Virus record (IMG/VR): IMGVR_UViG_3300046472_000138
Origin: an uncultured virus (IMG/VR IMGVR_UViG_3300046472_000138)
Lineage: Duplodnaviria; Heunggongvirae; Uroviricota; Caudoviricetes
DNA: 64,000 bases
Strand: one strand, 5' to 3'
Position numbers and translations under genes: made by a program. Position 1 is the stretch's first letter. Each line of letters opens with the position of its first letter. Shown one piece after another: positions 9,201 to 18,631 of this stretch. The notes beneath the pieces were generated by a model that was not told the origin of the DNA, did not search any database, and saw nothing but the letters and a program-made list of their open reading frames with translations.

Positions 9201-10154
9201 ATGAAGAGTTTAACCGATCCAGCCCACAAAATTGACAGGAAATTCAAAGCCTTGGATCACTTCCAAACGCATGGCTGGAGCTATCCTCTCTCGGCTGAAA
9301 TTGACCTGACGTGGCGTTGTGCGCTCAACTGTAAAGGTTGCCATAGTAAATGGCTGCATACCGACAAAGAACTCAACCAAGCCGATATTGTGCATATTCT
9401 AGGGGAATTATCGCAACATGGTTGCAAGTCTGTAACCTTCTCAGGAGGCGGCGATCCCCTGGAAAGCCCTCACTGGAAGTATGCAATCCTATCAGCAAAA
9501 CTTTTCGGGATGGATGTTGCTGTTTATTCATATCTTCCCGGCTTTGACCAAGAGAAAGCAGATTATTTAGGAAAGCAATGCCAATTCGTATACACTCACA
9601 GCGTTTCAACGAAAAGAATTAATAAGCCTTCTGGGAAATGTGTTTGGACTTATGGCTATCTACTGGACTCAACGAACTGGCATCAAATACCCGCTCTTAT
9701 TGATAAGGTCGATTTTGATTTCTTCGATTTTGTTGACTTTCGGCCACTCTCCCCAATTAACGCGCCTGATCCTCCAGACATGGACTATTCATGGGTTGCG
9801 CGTGCGGTTGAGGTACTTGAGAATGTCACGGCGCAAGACTCTAAAGTGAAGGCCGCGGATTACAAATTCTATGACCTCCTCAAATCCGATAAGGGTAGGA
9901 ACTACGGATGTTGTTATTCTACCGATTTTACCGCCGTTGTGGGGCCGGATGGGACAATGTACGAATGTATCAATCGAAGAAATGTATCGCCAATCGGAAA
10001 TCTACTCGAAGAAAGCCTTAAAGAAATCTGGGCTAGAAAAAATCATACTAGGGAAGACATGAGCCAATGTCGGATACTTTGCCGTAATCATCAAGCCAAC
10101 AAAACATTATGGCACTTACTTGGTCCTGAACCTCAACACGCGAGTTTTATATAA
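9201..10154 (+). CDS. Radical SAM protein with SPASM/twitch-like C-terminus
   Basis: CALNCKGC, FSGGGDP, DG.MYEC...IGNL.E.SL.EIW...C..LCR. SD GGAGG before 9201. Confidence 0.9.
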   Translation: MKSLTDPAHKIDRKFKALDHFQTHGWSYPLSAEIDLTWRCALNCKGCHSKWLHTDKELNQADIVHILGELSQHGCKSVTFSGGGDPLESPHWKYAILSAKLFGMDVAVYSYLPGFDQEKADYLGKQCQFVYTHSVSTKRINKPSGKCVWTYGYLLDSTNWHQIPALIDKVDFDFFDFVDFRPLSPINAPDPPDMDYSWVARAVEVLENVTAQDSKVKAADYKFYDLLKSDKGRNYGCCYSTDFTAVVGPDGTMYECINRRNVSPIGNLLEESLKEIWARKNHTREDMSQCRILCRNHQANKTLWHLLGPEPQHASFI

Positions 10155-10456
10155 TGCCTAATCAACCATTTTTCGCAAATCCACCTAAGCAGTTTCCACA
10201 GAGGCAACCTAATCCACCTCCGCAGAAAGTCACGCAGACGGTTGATGTTCAATATCAACTTATCTGTCCATGCGGCTCGGAATTATTTGAAAATAAAATT
10301 GCTCTTTTTAGAGTCCCCGGGCAAGTGATCGGGACTGTTGACGTAACGATGAATCAAGTGTTTGTGTGTATGCTGTGTGACAAGCCAGTGGATTTAATGA
10401 AAACAAAAACCAGAAAAGAGTTACAATCCGAAGAAGAAACACCGGAAGGTGCTTAA
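10154..10456 (+). CDS. Zn-ribbon protein
   Basis: CPCG...CMLC; conserved in copy 2. Confidence 0.7.
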   Translation: MPNQPFFANPPKQFPQRQPNPPPQKVTQTVDVQYQLICPCGSELFENKIALFRVPGQVIGTVDVTMNQVFVCMLCDKPVDLMKTKTRKELQSEEETPEGA

Positions 10457-10936
10457 ATGTTAGCAACTCAAAGAACAAGAGGTGGTCATTGGGGCAAACC
10501 GTATGCTTTACGAGGACTCCGGCAAGGCTATTGTGACGATCCAGCGAATGCGGCCGAGTGCGGTTGGGTTGATATCCCCGATCAAGTCAGCGGCGGTTAT
10601 TGCGACGATCCAGCCAATGCTGCCGAGTGTAGCTGGACTTATGACACTACGCCTGATCAAACCCTTCCATCCGATAGCGGGAATTCTCAAGTCTGGGCGC
10701 AGATTATCGCCGCGGCGGGAAAGATCGGTACGCAAATCATTAGTGCTGGTTCAACTCAATATCGGACTCCATACGGGACATATTCATACGGGTCAGGTCC
10801 ATACAGCGCATTGAATCCGACTTTGGCGCAACAGTACCTCGCTTCCCGCGTGGGGATGTTCGGCGGGATTTCAACAACTACTTGGCTCTTGATCGGCGGC
10901 GGGTTGCTCTTTGCCGTGATGATGATGAAAAGATGA
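10457..10936 (+). CDS. C-terminally anchored membrane protein with two Cys repeats
   Basis: LRGLR motif, two GYCDDPANAAEC repeats, TM helix ending MMMKR. Confidence 0.8.
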   Translation: MLATQRTRGGHWGKPYALRGLRQGYCDDPANAAECGWVDIPDQVSGGYCDDPANAAECSWTYDTTPDQTLPSDSGNSQVWAQIIAAAGKIGTQIISAGSTQYRTPYGTYSYGSGPYSALNPTLAQQYLASRVGMFGGISTTTWLLIGGGLLFAVMMMKR

Positions 10937-11071
10937 TATGGGGGATCTTAATGAAATCATAGCAGATGAATTTAAAGATGGTAAAAGCATGAGAGTACTT
11001 TCCATTGAACACAATCGCTCACTTGAGGAAATTGAAAAGGCTATCAGAGAAGTAATGATAGAAAGAACAAA

Positions 11072-11809
11072 ATGCCGGTCGTAACACCAACTCAAATTAA
11101 GCGAGTACCAGCAAGGCGTGAAATCTCGCAGCATTACGCTCGGCATATTAGCCCTATGCACAGAATGAGTGGGTTGGGTGACACTCAGGCTTTAGTGGGA
11201 TCAACAGTTGCAGGGGCTTGCGTAGCTGGTGCAATCGCCGCTCCTGGTACGTTTGGAGTTTCAGCGGCATTGACCTGCCTACCTTCAATCATCAAAGCAT
11301 TTCTTGGTTGGTTGACTTGCGGCCCTACTTCGGCCTGCGCGTTAAAAGTTACAGCGACTCAATTTGCCGAAGGGATTGTAAAGCTCTGCTATGGCTTGGA
11401 ACCTGGATGCGCACTTCCACCTGGAGGAATTGCCATTGTTCCTGGTGCAAATCCTCCTAAATTCTGCTCTTATTCTGTTGCCGGATTGATTGAGCGTTGC
11501 GACCTTTACAATGCCAGTATTGTCTTGAATCGGGCGCAATCCTTAATGCAGCAGAAATTGACCGTTACGAGCGATCCTGTTACGCCTTATGTTCAACGCT
11601 GGTATGATCAGTATGGGCCATCAACCTTCAATGACTTAAAATCTCATTTAGCAGCGGCTCAAGCTGTTTGTGGAGCATCGGCAATGCAACCGGGGACAAT
11701 TAATCAATATCCAGGTGGAATCATTCCCACTCCAACAACTAGTTCATATACGCCCTATATCATCCTCGGCGGGATTGGTTTAGTCGGATTGATCTTTATG
11801 ATGAAGTAA
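11072..11809 (+). CDS. Cys-rich membrane protein with basic propeptide-like N-terminus
   Basis: MSGLGD, hydrophobic Ala/Gly segment, C-terminal TM ending MMK. Confidence 0.8.
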   Translation: MPVVTPTQIKRVPARREISQHYARHISPMHRMSGLGDTQALVGSTVAGACVAGAIAAPGTFGVSAALTCLPSIIKAFLGWLTCGPTSACALKVTATQFAEGIVKLCYGLEPGCALPPGGIAIVPGANPPKFCSYSVAGLIERCDLYNASIVLNRAQSLMQQKLTVTSDPVTPYVQRWYDQYGPSTFNDLKSHLAAAQAVCGASAMQPGTINQYPGGIIPTPTTSSYTPYIILGGIGLVGLIFMMK

Positions 11810-11820
11810 AGGAGAACACT

Positions 11821-12042
11821 ATGTTTTTAGCAAAAGGATTAGGCAGAATGGGGAGAATGGGCGACTTTGTAAATCGTTCTCCTGATTACAAGATTGATAA
11901 CTGGATTGGTCAAGTTCCAGGTGGTGCTATGGCTCCAGTTGCCCCTAGCGTGATTCCAGGGGTTAGCAACACGACTGCTGCGGCGGTTGGGATCGGCGGG
12001 TTGGCAGCGGCCGCGGCTCTTGCATACTACCTAATGAAATGA
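11821..12042 (+). CDS. Small membrane protein
   Basis: KGLGRMGRMGD, DNWIGQ, C-terminal TM ending LMK. Confidence 0.8.
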   Translation: MFLAKGLGRMGRMGDFVNRSPDYKIDNWIGQVPGGAMAPVAPSVIPGVSNTTAAAVGIGGLAAAAALAYYLMK

Positions 12043-12684
12043 ATGTACCTTGCACTCGGTTACACACACGGTCAATTCAAGGGACTCCGAGCATTGCGCG
12101 GGAACTATCAGTCGCAGACTCCAGTTCAAGGTTTCACAATTTCGCCTGGAGATGTTGGAATCCGTCAAACATGCGATTTTATTCGGAAACAAATCGACTT
12201 GGGAAAAGCCGATCCATTAGTGCAAGCGACATTCCAACAGATAGCGGCAGAGTCATACGCAAAGGATAAGATCGAATTGAGTAAAGCACTCACCCATTGG
12301 GTTGTTCAGAATATCCGCTATACACCGGACGATGCCATGAGCATGACTGAAGAAGGCTTGCAATGGATCGATATCAAGCAGTGTCCAATAGCCTACAAGC
12401 AATGTGAGGCAGTTGAGATGATTGTTACTCCTCATCAAATCTTACAGAGCAAACAGGGCGACTGCGACGATCTTTGCATGATCTTGGGCGCGTTTCTAGA
12501 ACTCGGCGGGATGCCCGTAAGAATGGTCACAATTGCTGCCGATTCGAGCGATCCTAGCCAGTTCTCACACGTTTATTTGATAGCCAATATCAACGGCACT
12601 TGGATTCCGATTGATGCCGTGAACCATAACAATCCTTGGAATTGGGAAGCTCCGAATTATTACCGCAAGGAGATAATGTGCTGA
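12043..12684 (+). CDS. Transglutaminase-like cysteine protease, candidate virion maturation protease
   Basis: WV..NIRY..D, GDCDD, SHVY, W.PIDA give a Cys-His-Asp triad in transglutaminase order. Confidence 0.82.
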   Translation: MYLALGYTHGQFKGLRALRGNYQSQTPVQGFTISPGDVGIRQTCDFIRKQIDLGKADPLVQATFQQIAAESYAKDKIELSKALTHWVVQNIRYTPDDAMSMTEEGLQWIDIKQCPIAYKQCEAVEMIVTPHQILQSKQGDCDDLCMILGAFLELGGMPVRMVTIAADSSDPSQFSHVYLIANINGTWIPIDAVNHNNPWNWEAPNYYRKEIMC

Positions 12685-12883
12685 CTTGTAAAAGATGTGG
12701 AAACCAATTTAAGCCGGAATGGAAAGAAGGTTATTGCGGAACCTGTCGTTTTCTCTATGGAGTTGAAATGAAATTTGAAGACACTGGATTCCCAATAAAG
12801 GGCAGGGATACAATTACTGAACGCTTAAGAGAAGGGTTTGAATTACTTCGTTCTGGATATGATGAGAAGGTAGAAAGGGAAAT

Positions 12884-13114
12884 GTGTTGAGAGAAGGAAG
12901 CTGGTTTCTTGCCATTGCATATTTCATGACGGCCTTATTGTTTTCTTATGTCTCATTAGATCCCACAACCGCAAAATGGTTTTCAGGACTAATTTTATTA
13001 CCTGCGGTTGCTACTTACGCTCTCGGCCTCAACGAAACGATTAACATGATTTGTAAACCGTTCACGCAAAAAGAAAGTGGATGGGTTGACTATGATCGGA
13101 TAAAAATGGAGTGA
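12884..13114 (+). CDS. Small two-TM protein
   Basis: Hydrophobic; diverged homolog at ~56936-57142. Confidence 0.6.
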   Translation: MLREGSWFLAIAYFMTALLFSYVSLDPTTAKWFSGLILLPAVATYALGLNETINMICKPFTQKESGWVDYDRIKME

Positions 13115-13126
13115 ATAGGAGTCTTT

Positions 13127-13405
13127 ATGGCTTGTTGTGGCGGTAGTACAAAAGGAATCGGACATTTCGGGGCATATCAACCTGTTTCAGCGGCTCAAGT
13201 AATGACAGTGACCGGCGCGGTACAGGGGACTCCAAACGAAACCGGCGGGATGCACACGCAATATGCAGGAGCGCGGAATGTTTCAGGATTAGGCGACCTG
13301 TTCAATTTCCAACCGGCGGCAGGGGACTGGATTTCCGGCGTACCGAATGGGTATATCACAGCGGGTGCGATTGCAATTCTCGTAATGGTCTTAATGAAGA
13401 GGTAA
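13127..13405 (+). CDS. Small membrane protein
   Basis: KGIGHFG and VSGLGD motifs, WISGVPN, TM ending LMKR. Confidence 0.8.
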   Translation: MACCGGSTKGIGHFGAYQPVSAAQVMTVTGAVQGTPNETGGMHTQYAGARNVSGLGDLFNFQPAAGDWISGVPNGYITAGAIAILVMVLMKR

Positions 13406-13408
13406 TTT

Positions 13409-13972
13409 ATGGCAATGTCAGCTTCAGGTGGACAGGTTGTCCAATTTCCTGCTCAAGCAGCCGATACAGCAACAATGTTGCAGAATGATAAAACGAAGCT
13501 AATCTCGCTCGGCTCTCAGATTTCAACCCTTGTCCAGCACTTCAATGACTTGAAACAGCAGTTAATGGCTGCTCCTAGTCCGACGAGAGAGCAATTCGCG
13601 GCCTTGCTTGACCAACGTAAAGCAGCCTTGCAACAACTCATGGATGCCCATCAAGCGGCAATCGCGGATTTGCGACAGAAGGCGACAGCGGCAAACGTAG
13701 CAATCGACATTACTACTCCACCTGTCAACCTTTCTGGACTTGGGCAGCTTGTCGACACGGCGACAATTCAAACGCAGATTACAGACCAGCAATCAAAATT
13801 GACTGCCTTGCAGAACTATTATACATCCTATCAAGCAGCATTAGCGGCAGGCTTACAGCCTCCACCGATGCCAGCGGAACTATCAGGCGGGTTCTTGGGA
13901 ATGAGTGGAACGGCCATTACTATCGGAATTGCGGCTATTGTCGGAGCATTCTTACTTTTTGGAAAGAAATAA
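13409..13972 (+). CDS. Coiled-coil membrane-anchored protein
   Basis: Q/A/L helices, LSGLGQ, TM ending GKK. Confidence 0.8.
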   Translation: MAMSASGGQVVQFPAQAADTATMLQNDKTKLISLGSQISTLVQHFNDLKQQLMAAPSPTREQFAALLDQRKAALQQLMDAHQAAIADLRQKATAANVAIDITTPPVNLSGLGQLVDTATIQTQITDQQSKLTALQNYYTSYQAALAAGLQPPPMPAELSGGFLGMSGTAITIGIAAIVGAFLLFGKK

Positions 13973-14121
13973 TGGCATTCTTTGGGCAAGTCGATCCAGT
14001 CCAACAGCAGATTCAACAGCAAGTACAGGCTGCTACGGATTGGATTAAAAACGTCTTCTGGATTCTGATTATCGTGGCAATTCTTGTCATCATCTTTATG
14101 AGCCTAAGCAGCCATGCGTAG
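13972..14121 (+). CDS. 49-aa membrane protein, not in the ORF track
   Basis: MAFFGQVDPVQQQIQQQ...WILIIVAILVIIFM; same protein at 57984-58133 with synonymous changes. Confidence 0.75.
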   Translation: MAFFGQVDPVQQQIQQQVQAATDWIKNVFWILIIVAILVIIFMSLSSHA

Positions 14122-14311
14122 TGTTACTTTAAAAGATTTAAACGGCGGTCCATTCCTGATCGACGGGAAAAGATATACTGGAATTGTTAAGACCAGTGAT
14201 GGAGATCGAGCTTGGTTGCCAATTGACCCAAGATATGACGATCCTAAAGATTGGCAAGGCATCATTGAGCAACTTGGCAGGCCATTAATAAAGAAGGGAA
14301 TCTTGAGGTAA
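14114..14311 (+). CDS. Hypothetical protein
   Basis: Conserved at 58126-58323. Confidence 0.7.
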   Translation: MRSVTLKDLNGGPFLIDGKRYTGIVKTSDGDRAWLPIDPRYDDPKDWQGIIEQLGRPLIKKGILR

Positions 14312-14314
14312 TTT

Positions 14315-14602
14315 ATGTTTGCATCACAAGCGGCAACACTCGGAAGTTTGAAGCGCGTAGGCCGATTCGGTAGGCTCGGTGATCTAGTTACGATGGACAC
14401 AACCCAGATGATGATTCCGGTTCTCATCCCACAAACTGCAAGCCCAGCGGTCACAGGATTAAATTCAAACTGGCTCATAGCTGGTGGAACAATCCTGGCT
14501 CTTCTCGCTTCTTGGGGATTGTTCGGCTCAAGAGTAGCCAGGGCAAAAGTCAACACTCGCGGACCTCGTAAAGCAAAAGCAGTCAAGGCGGCTAAAAAAT
14601 GA
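14315..14602 (+). CDS. Membrane protein with basic C-terminal tail
   Basis: VGRFGRLGD, TM helix, K/R/A tail. Confidence 0.8.
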   Translation: MFASQAATLGSLKRVGRFGRLGDLVTMDTTQMMIPVLIPQTASPAVTGLNSNWLIAGGTILALLASWGLFGSRVARAKVNTRGPRKAKAVKAAKK

Positions 14603-15006
14603 AAAAGATTCTTGCAGCAATCGCATTATTGTTAGGCTTTTCTTCTCTAGGTCTTGCTCAATTGCCGAGTCAAGTTAAGCAAGTCCTGCCAAATACTCCG
14701 ACTGTCAACTTCTCTTGGGATTACAACACGGCAGATGAAGCGAGCATTGATAGCTTTGTCCTTCAAAGGACAGATTTCGCATCAACAACTACAATTACAA
14801 GTCCTTATAGCACTGAGATTGTCATTACTCAAAAGACGATGAGGACAGCAACCTTCACAATTCCAGCCGGTGTTCTAGCTGGACAAAAAGCATTTTTCCG
14901 TTTAGTAGCTCGAAAGGTTGGGCTAGCTGATAGTGCGCCGTCAAATGTGGTTGAGGTAGATATTGTGCCAACTCCTCCGAGTCCGACAAATTTCAGATTC
15001 CCATGA
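14599..15006 (+). CDS. Secreted Fn3/Ig-like protein
   Basis: Sec signal MKKILAAIALLLGFSSLGLA; FSW...F.L.A...S.PSN.V...P..PTNFR. Confidence 0.72.
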   Translation: MKKILAAIALLLGFSSLGLAQLPSQVKQVLPNTPTVNFSWDYNTADEASIDSFVLQRTDFASTTTITSPYSTEIVITQKTMRTATFTIPAGVLAGQKAFFRLVARKVGLADSAPSNVVEVDIVPTPPSPTNFRFP

Positions 15007-15233
15007 TTCAAATTATTTTCACTTGTGAGCATATAGGATGCAAGGAACTTGAGATTAAAATTGCCAAGAATCCTGAAGATGATGAAAGTTTATTCCCAGA
15101 CAAGCTTCAATGTGTAGGAATTTTCGGAGAAATGAAAATTCTTTGCTCTGATCATGCGAATGAATGGCATCAGGAAAAAATCAATCAACATCAAAAAGAT
15201 CATCCTAATGAGCCGTATGTAGTTTTAAGTTAA

Positions 15234-15599
15234 ATGAAAACCCTGATTCTGATCTTGCTTTTATCAAGCACTCTCTACGCTCAACTTTCTCCACCGACTC
15301 AAACGGTGAAGAAACGGAATGGGCAAGCGGTTACAGTAGCTTGGAATTTCACAGATAACGCAGCATCAGCGGGGTTGCTCTATTTTTCTGTCAAGGCGAC
15401 TCCTAATCTCAATCAAACTCCAACGCAGTTGGTTCAAGTTCCTCCGACTGCAAGGCAGACAGATTTAACGGTAGTCTTCACGGTATCAAATCCAAATAAT
15501 GTCTATTATATTGTGTCAGCTATTTACTCAAATCCAAAAGGCGAATCGTTTCCAAGTAATACCATTGCTGTTCAGAGAATCGGACCTCCTCCTCAATGA
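15234..15599 (+). CDS. Secreted Fn3/Ig-like protein (paralog-like)
   Basis: Signal peptide; VAW...YYIVSA...GES.PSN. Confidence 0.72.
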   Translation: MKTLILILLLSSTLYAQLSPPTQTVKKRNGQAVTVAWNFTDNAASAGLLYFSVKATPNLNQTPTQLVQVPPTARQTDLTVVFTVSNPNNVYYIVSAIYSNPKGESFPSNTIAVQRIGPPPQ

Positions 15600-16033
15600 C
15601 AGACGCGGAATATTGGTCTATTGCAAATGCCTTACCTAAGAGGGTTCTTAATGGAATCTATGTTGTGGATTGGCGCACAAAGATTCCCGGTTGCGATCCA
15701 ACCTTGCAACAAGCTTGTGAGTTTGTGCTTGGCTTTAATCCGCTCTCAGGCTGTTGGATTGATCCAGGGGCGCAATATGTTGCTCGGCCTAGTCCTTACC
15801 CTTCCCCGTCTTCTTGGGGTGTTACGCTTTGCAATGCGCCGATTACGCAACCACCTCCAACTGGAGGGGGGACGACAACTATTCCTCCGAGCGGGGGAAC
15901 GACAGGTGGAGGTGGAGGGACAACGACAACACCTCCAATTACAGCAACTCCTCCATCTTGGCCGGGAATCAACACAACTTTCGTTATGATTGCCATTGCA
16001 GGCGTGGCTCTACTTTTCTTTATGAGGAAATAA
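15596..16033 (+). CDS. Membrane-anchored protein with Cys domain and P/T/G linker
   Basis: PPPTGGGTTT linker, TM ending FMRK. Confidence 0.8.
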   Translation: MTDAEYWSIANALPKRVLNGIYVVDWRTKIPGCDPTLQQACEFVLGFNPLSGCWIDPGAQYVARPSPYPSPSSWGVTLCNAPITQPPPTGGGTTTIPPSGGTTGGGGGTTTTPPITATPPSWPGINTTFVMIAIAGVALLFFMRK

Positions 16034-16034
16034 T

Positions 16035-16298
16035 ATGTTTTTCGACATTAGCGCAAAAGGTTCTTGGAAAGGCTCAAGCGGGTATTGGACTTTTGTTCCG
16101 AATACTCCTGACAACAAAGGGACAGGAACAGAACTGGTCAGCGGTCCACCTCATGCGGTAGCAGATAAAGCAGCCGATGGGCCTTACTATCCTTGCCCTT
16201 GTGATGGGATAACGTATCAGACTTGGCTTGTTCCCGGGCCAACCCATCCGGCCTTGCAACAAATCGTCCGTTGGGATAGTCCGTTGCCAGCATTATGA
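16035..16298 (+). CDS. Hypothetical protein, conserved between copies
   Basis: Nearly identical at 59819-60085. Confidence 0.75.
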   Translation: MFFDISAKGSWKGSSGYWTFVPNTPDNKGTGTELVSGPPHAVADKAADGPYYPCPCDGITYQTWLVPGPTHPALQQIVRWDSPLPAL

Positions 16299-16658
16299 GC
16301 AAAGAAACCTCAAAGCAACTAAATGAATTGTACGATTCAGTCCAAGATAGATTAATGGGAATATTTTGGGATATTGTACAAGAGCGAAGAAACAGAAAAC
16401 CAATTACAATCGAAACCGCTTTGGAAAAATTGAAAGAGAAGGGTTATACGATCATTGAACCTTCAGAACTTGAAAAGATCGGGACTAATGAAACCGAAAA
16501 ACCAGCGGATGGAAGCAATTGAAGAACTAAATAAAGCCTTTTTAAAAGCCGAATCAAGGCATGAGCCTGAGTTTAAATTCGCTGGAAGATTAATTCCAAC
16601 TCGCTATGTGAAGAGTTTCATCGAATGGATGGAGCTTGAAGAAATCGGTAAACTCTAA

Positions 16659-17045
16659 ATGTATCTCGGCGCAACCTGCATCGATCATGGACAGCTAGCA
16701 GCATCATCGGGCGATACTTGTTGCCCGGGCCTTACTCCTTGGGTTTACGATGCCAATAGCGGGACTCCATACCCAATCATGGCTTGCTGGTCTGCGGGAT
16801 GTGCCAGTGCTGGTCAATGGGCCGGTCCTAGTGGGGTAGGAAATCACTGTTGCGCTGGATTGACGAATGTTGGCGGGAAATGTGCAGTTCCAGCAAGTGG
16901 AGGTGGAGGGGGAGGAACGACTTATAATCCTCCTAGTCCGATTTGCGCTGGAACAATCATCTGTTCACTTCCAGATATGGCAATCTACGCAATCGCCGGG
17001 GGATTGGTTCTTATGCTTGTGATGAGTAAAAAGAAGGGCGCATGA
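16659..17045 (+). CDS. Cys-rich (knottin-like spacing) membrane-anchored protein
   Basis: Two C...GQ.A...CC.GL...C units, TM followed by KKK. Confidence 0.78.
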   Translation: MYLGATCIDHGQLAASSGDTCCPGLTPWVYDANSGTPYPIMACWSAGCASAGQWAGPSGVGNHCCAGLTNVGGKCAVPASGGGGGGTTYNPPSPICAGTIICSLPDMAIYAIAGGLVLMLVMSKKKGA

Positions 17046-17219
17046 GATTCTCTGAAATGAAATTGCTGACTAATTATCCAAGAGATATTGAGTATCGAGC
17101 CAAGATAGCTTGTGAATCTAATTGGCGTAAAGATGATTGGAAGCCTGATTTTGATGAACAATTAGCTATCCGTCATCATCGAATGACTATTGCACTGGCG
17201 ATGCCTCAGAGGAAGAATC

Positions 17220-17843
17220 ATGGCCTTTGATTTCTCAACACTTCCAAAAATCAGGACTCATGCAAATCTTGGTTTTCTTGGGGATACAAACCAGGATGCG
17301 GTAGCGTTATTGGAAGATGCTCATTCAGTCGTGATTAGCATGGCAACCGCGGCAAGTGACCTATACAACGATGCTGTTGCAAATGGGGCGCCTCAAGAAG
17401 TGATTGATGCTTTGCAGTCGAGCTACAACGATGCGAGACAACTTGTCACCGATCACGTTGCTATAATGAATGCCTTCTACGCCTCAACAGGAGTCTCTGG
17501 ATTGTCAGGATTAAGTAAAGGCAGGCTCGGCAGTCTAGGTCAATGGCAAGCCTTAGCCTTAGTGCTAGGGGCTGCTCTCCGACAAGTGGCATGGGGCGCA
17601 TTATGGACTTATATTGCCAGCGTAGTTGGAAGGATAGCAGATGCGTTCAAATCCAACACCGATGCGGCACAGGCAAGCCTCAAGGTGTCTGGGGACTATT
17701 ACATACTGTGGAAGCAATGCCAGGAACAAGGGACACAATGTCCTCCACCTCCTCCTGGCTTAGGTAAGAGTGGCGATATGACTACCTATCTCTTAATCGG
17801 AGCAAGCGCATTAGTAGCGGTAATGCTCTTGATGAAAAAATAA
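17220..17843 (+). CDS. Helical membrane protein with multiple GLG-like motifs
   Basis: LGFLGD, VSGLSGLSKGRLGSLGQ, internal hydrophobic helix, TM ending MKK. Confidence 0.8.
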   Translation: MAFDFSTLPKIRTHANLGFLGDTNQDAVALLEDAHSVVISMATAASDLYNDAVANGAPQEVIDALQSSYNDARQLVTDHVAIMNAFYASTGVSGLSGLSKGRLGSLGQWQALALVLGAALRQVAWGALWTYIASVVGRIADAFKSNTDAAQASLKVSGDYYILWKQCQEQGTQCPPPPPGLGKSGDMTTYLLIGASALVAVMLLMKK

Positions 17844-18103
17844 TGTTCAGCGGAATGTGGGTTGATTCAAGATCGGCTTTGAAGGGTTTAGGTGCAACTG
17901 CTCGTTGCTGCGACTTTGCGACAGCAGCAGTTAATTCTAGCGGTCAAGCCTACGATGCAAGCGGATATTGCAATATTGATCCAGCACAAGGCGGAACTTC
18001 TGGACCTTGCGAGAGTCAATGGATTTCAGGCTTCAGCAACTCAACTGTAATGCTAGCAGTTGGTTTGCTTGGATTGATTATGCTTCTCGGAGCAAAGCGA
18101 TAA
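17843..18103 (+). CDS. Small Cys-rich membrane protein
   Basis: LKGLGAT, WISGFSN, TM ending AKR; identical in copy 2. Confidence 0.8.
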   Translation: MFSGMWVDSRSALKGLGATARCCDFATAAVNSSGQAYDASGYCNIDPAQGGTSGPCESQWISGFSNSTVMLAVGLLGLIMLLGAKR

Positions 18104-18369
18104 TGTTTGCCTTTCTTCCAAGCGATTCAAGTTACGATACATGCCCGACTGGTACAGTCTGGAGCGACCTTTCGCAGGATTGCGTAATTTCGGTTGATGT
18201 TGGGAATGGTAGCGGATTGCCAGGAACGGATAGCAACATGATGCTTTATCTCGGACTCGGGCTTGCCGCTTTATTGCTCCTAAGTTTCGCAGGGGGAAGG
18301 GCAAGCAAGAAAACTTCATCAGGATCAAGGTTAGTGAGCAGAACAACTACACGTTCACTTTTTGCATAG
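18103..18369 (+). CDS. Small membrane protein with CPxGxxW...C loop
   Basis: TAATG coupling; TM helix plus basic S/T tail. Confidence 0.75.
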   Translation: MFAFLPSDSSYDTCPTGTVWSDLSQDCVISVDVGNGSGLPGTDSNMMLYLGLGLAALLLLSFAGGRASKKTSSGSRLVSRTTTRSLFA

Positions 18370-18376
18370 GTGATTT

Positions 18377-18631
18377 ATGGCTCTTAAAGATTGGGTTTCG
18401 CCAGGAATGACAAGTGTTCGGCCATGCCAGGGCCAATTCTATCAGCACTCTTCAGGCGCGAATGTATTTTACGATGATTTCGGGTACTGTACGCCTCAAT
18501 ATGAGGGAATCCCGGCAAGCACGGCAGTTACAGTGACAAGTACATTCGACTGGACTACTCTACTCTTGTATGGCGCATTGGCTTTCGGGGCATATTATTT
18601 TTGGACGCACAGGAAGACGTTATTAGGATGA
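18377..18631 (+). CDS. Small membrane protein
   Basis: Two Cys, TM followed by HRK. Confidence 0.75.
   Translation: MALKDWVSPGMTSVRPCQGQFYQHSSGANVFYDDFGYCTPQYEGIPASTAVTVTSTFDWTTLLLYGALAFGAYYFWTHRKTLLG

Noticed and set aside
7425..11809. RiPP cluster with radical SAM enzymes and Cys-repeat precursor peptides
   Set aside because: Downstream small proteins are TM-anchored and lie in a virion-like block; no RRE, transporter or leader peptidase is seen. Sugar modification fits the GT context better, though peptide modification is not excluded.
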